Shown piece by piece: positions 63,460 to 64,000 of a DNA stretch of 64,000 bases. Where the stretch lies: positions 1,612,001-1,676,000 of the forward strand of contig NC_043003.1 of assembly GCF_006345805.1 (NCBI RefSeq), written 5' to 3'. The position numbers and the translations under genes were made by a program. Source of the stretch: Octopus sinensis. Lineage: Eukaryota. The number at the start of each line of letters is the position of its first letter. Position 1 is the first letter of the stretch. The notes under the pieces were generated by a model that worked only from the letters and a program-made list of their open reading frames with translations, was not told the origin of the DNA and did not search any database.

Positions 63460-63545
63460 ATTTTCTACATATGTTTCAAAGGCTGCAAAGTCCCTAATTC
63501 GGATTGAATAAGGAGACCATTTTGCAGCCTTCTCTTCAGGAAAAT
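63460..63545 (-). ncRNA. Type I hammerhead ribozyme, best-preserved copy in window
   Basis: attttc-CTGAAGA-GAAGGCTGCAAA...TTTGCAGCCTTT-GAAAC-ATAT-GTA-gaaaat: 6-bp helix I, canonical core, 12-bp helix II base and palindromic helix III ACATATGT. Predicted cleavage between 63466 and 63465. Confidence 0.8.
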
Positions 63546-64000
63546 CCAGGAACTTAATTCTCCAACAAAATGCGCATCAAACTTTTCGACAAATGCTCGC
63601 GAGGAGCCCATGGGATAAATGGCACAGAACTGTCTCTCAATATGCGTTGACGCCAGGCTGGGTGAAAGCAGACGAAAAAGTCCGTTGAGATAAATCAAGG
63701 TCAAAATCTGGCTAACAGGGGGAGGGTTACAGGAAAATCAAAGAGTGAGAATGTATTCTGTATGACTGGTGTTAATATTCGAATTGTTTTAAGAATGAGT
63801 GCTATAGTGCTTGGATGTGAGAAATTGCCTACATGTATGTGTGTGTGCGCCTATGTATGTGTGGCAGTGTGTTTAGAAGGCTGCTAGGAAGAGAGATATA
63901 GCAGCTATTAATGGTCAAGCAGCTGAAAAAAACTGTGTCTGTGTGTTCGTCTGTAACCAGTTGGGTTTGAGACCTCATGGTCGTAACCTCAACCGTGATT

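Overview
Repeat-saturated, AT-rich animal genomic DNA. The SINE/LINE/microsatellite landscape looks like an octopus (cephalopod) genome; this is an inference from repeat style, not a database match. The only well-supported host gene is a minus-strand multi-exon gene. Its coding exons are 38163-37848, 35953-35742, 31474-31317 and 28761-28580/28622, with compatible splice phases, and it encodes a secreted protein with a PAN/Apple-like domain plus a W/F/G-rich C-terminal domain. The rest is mobile or tandem DNA: several Penelope-like element (PLE) remnants, many as fold-back inverted repeats carrying type I hammerhead-ribozyme motifs (best at 63460-63545); a decayed Ty3/gypsy element; Tc1/mariner, hAT, piggyBac and Merlin-type DNA transposons and MITEs; CR1, RTE and R4/Dong LINE fragments; many tRNA-derived SINEs; and three tandem arrays (8.2 kb of 22/23-bp units, 1.35 kb of 44-bp units, 1.6 kb of 157-bp units). 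The most unusual observations are (i) a TATA/CAGT promoter plus a 35-aa CRESS-DNA-virus Rep-like N-terminus just upstream of the 8.2-kb array, (ii) a dispersed set of at least six distinct PLE hammerhead variants with palindromic helix III, (iii) a satellite apparently built from a structured retroposon 3' end, and (iv) templated-insertion repair scars. Most listed ORFs are by-products of repeats.
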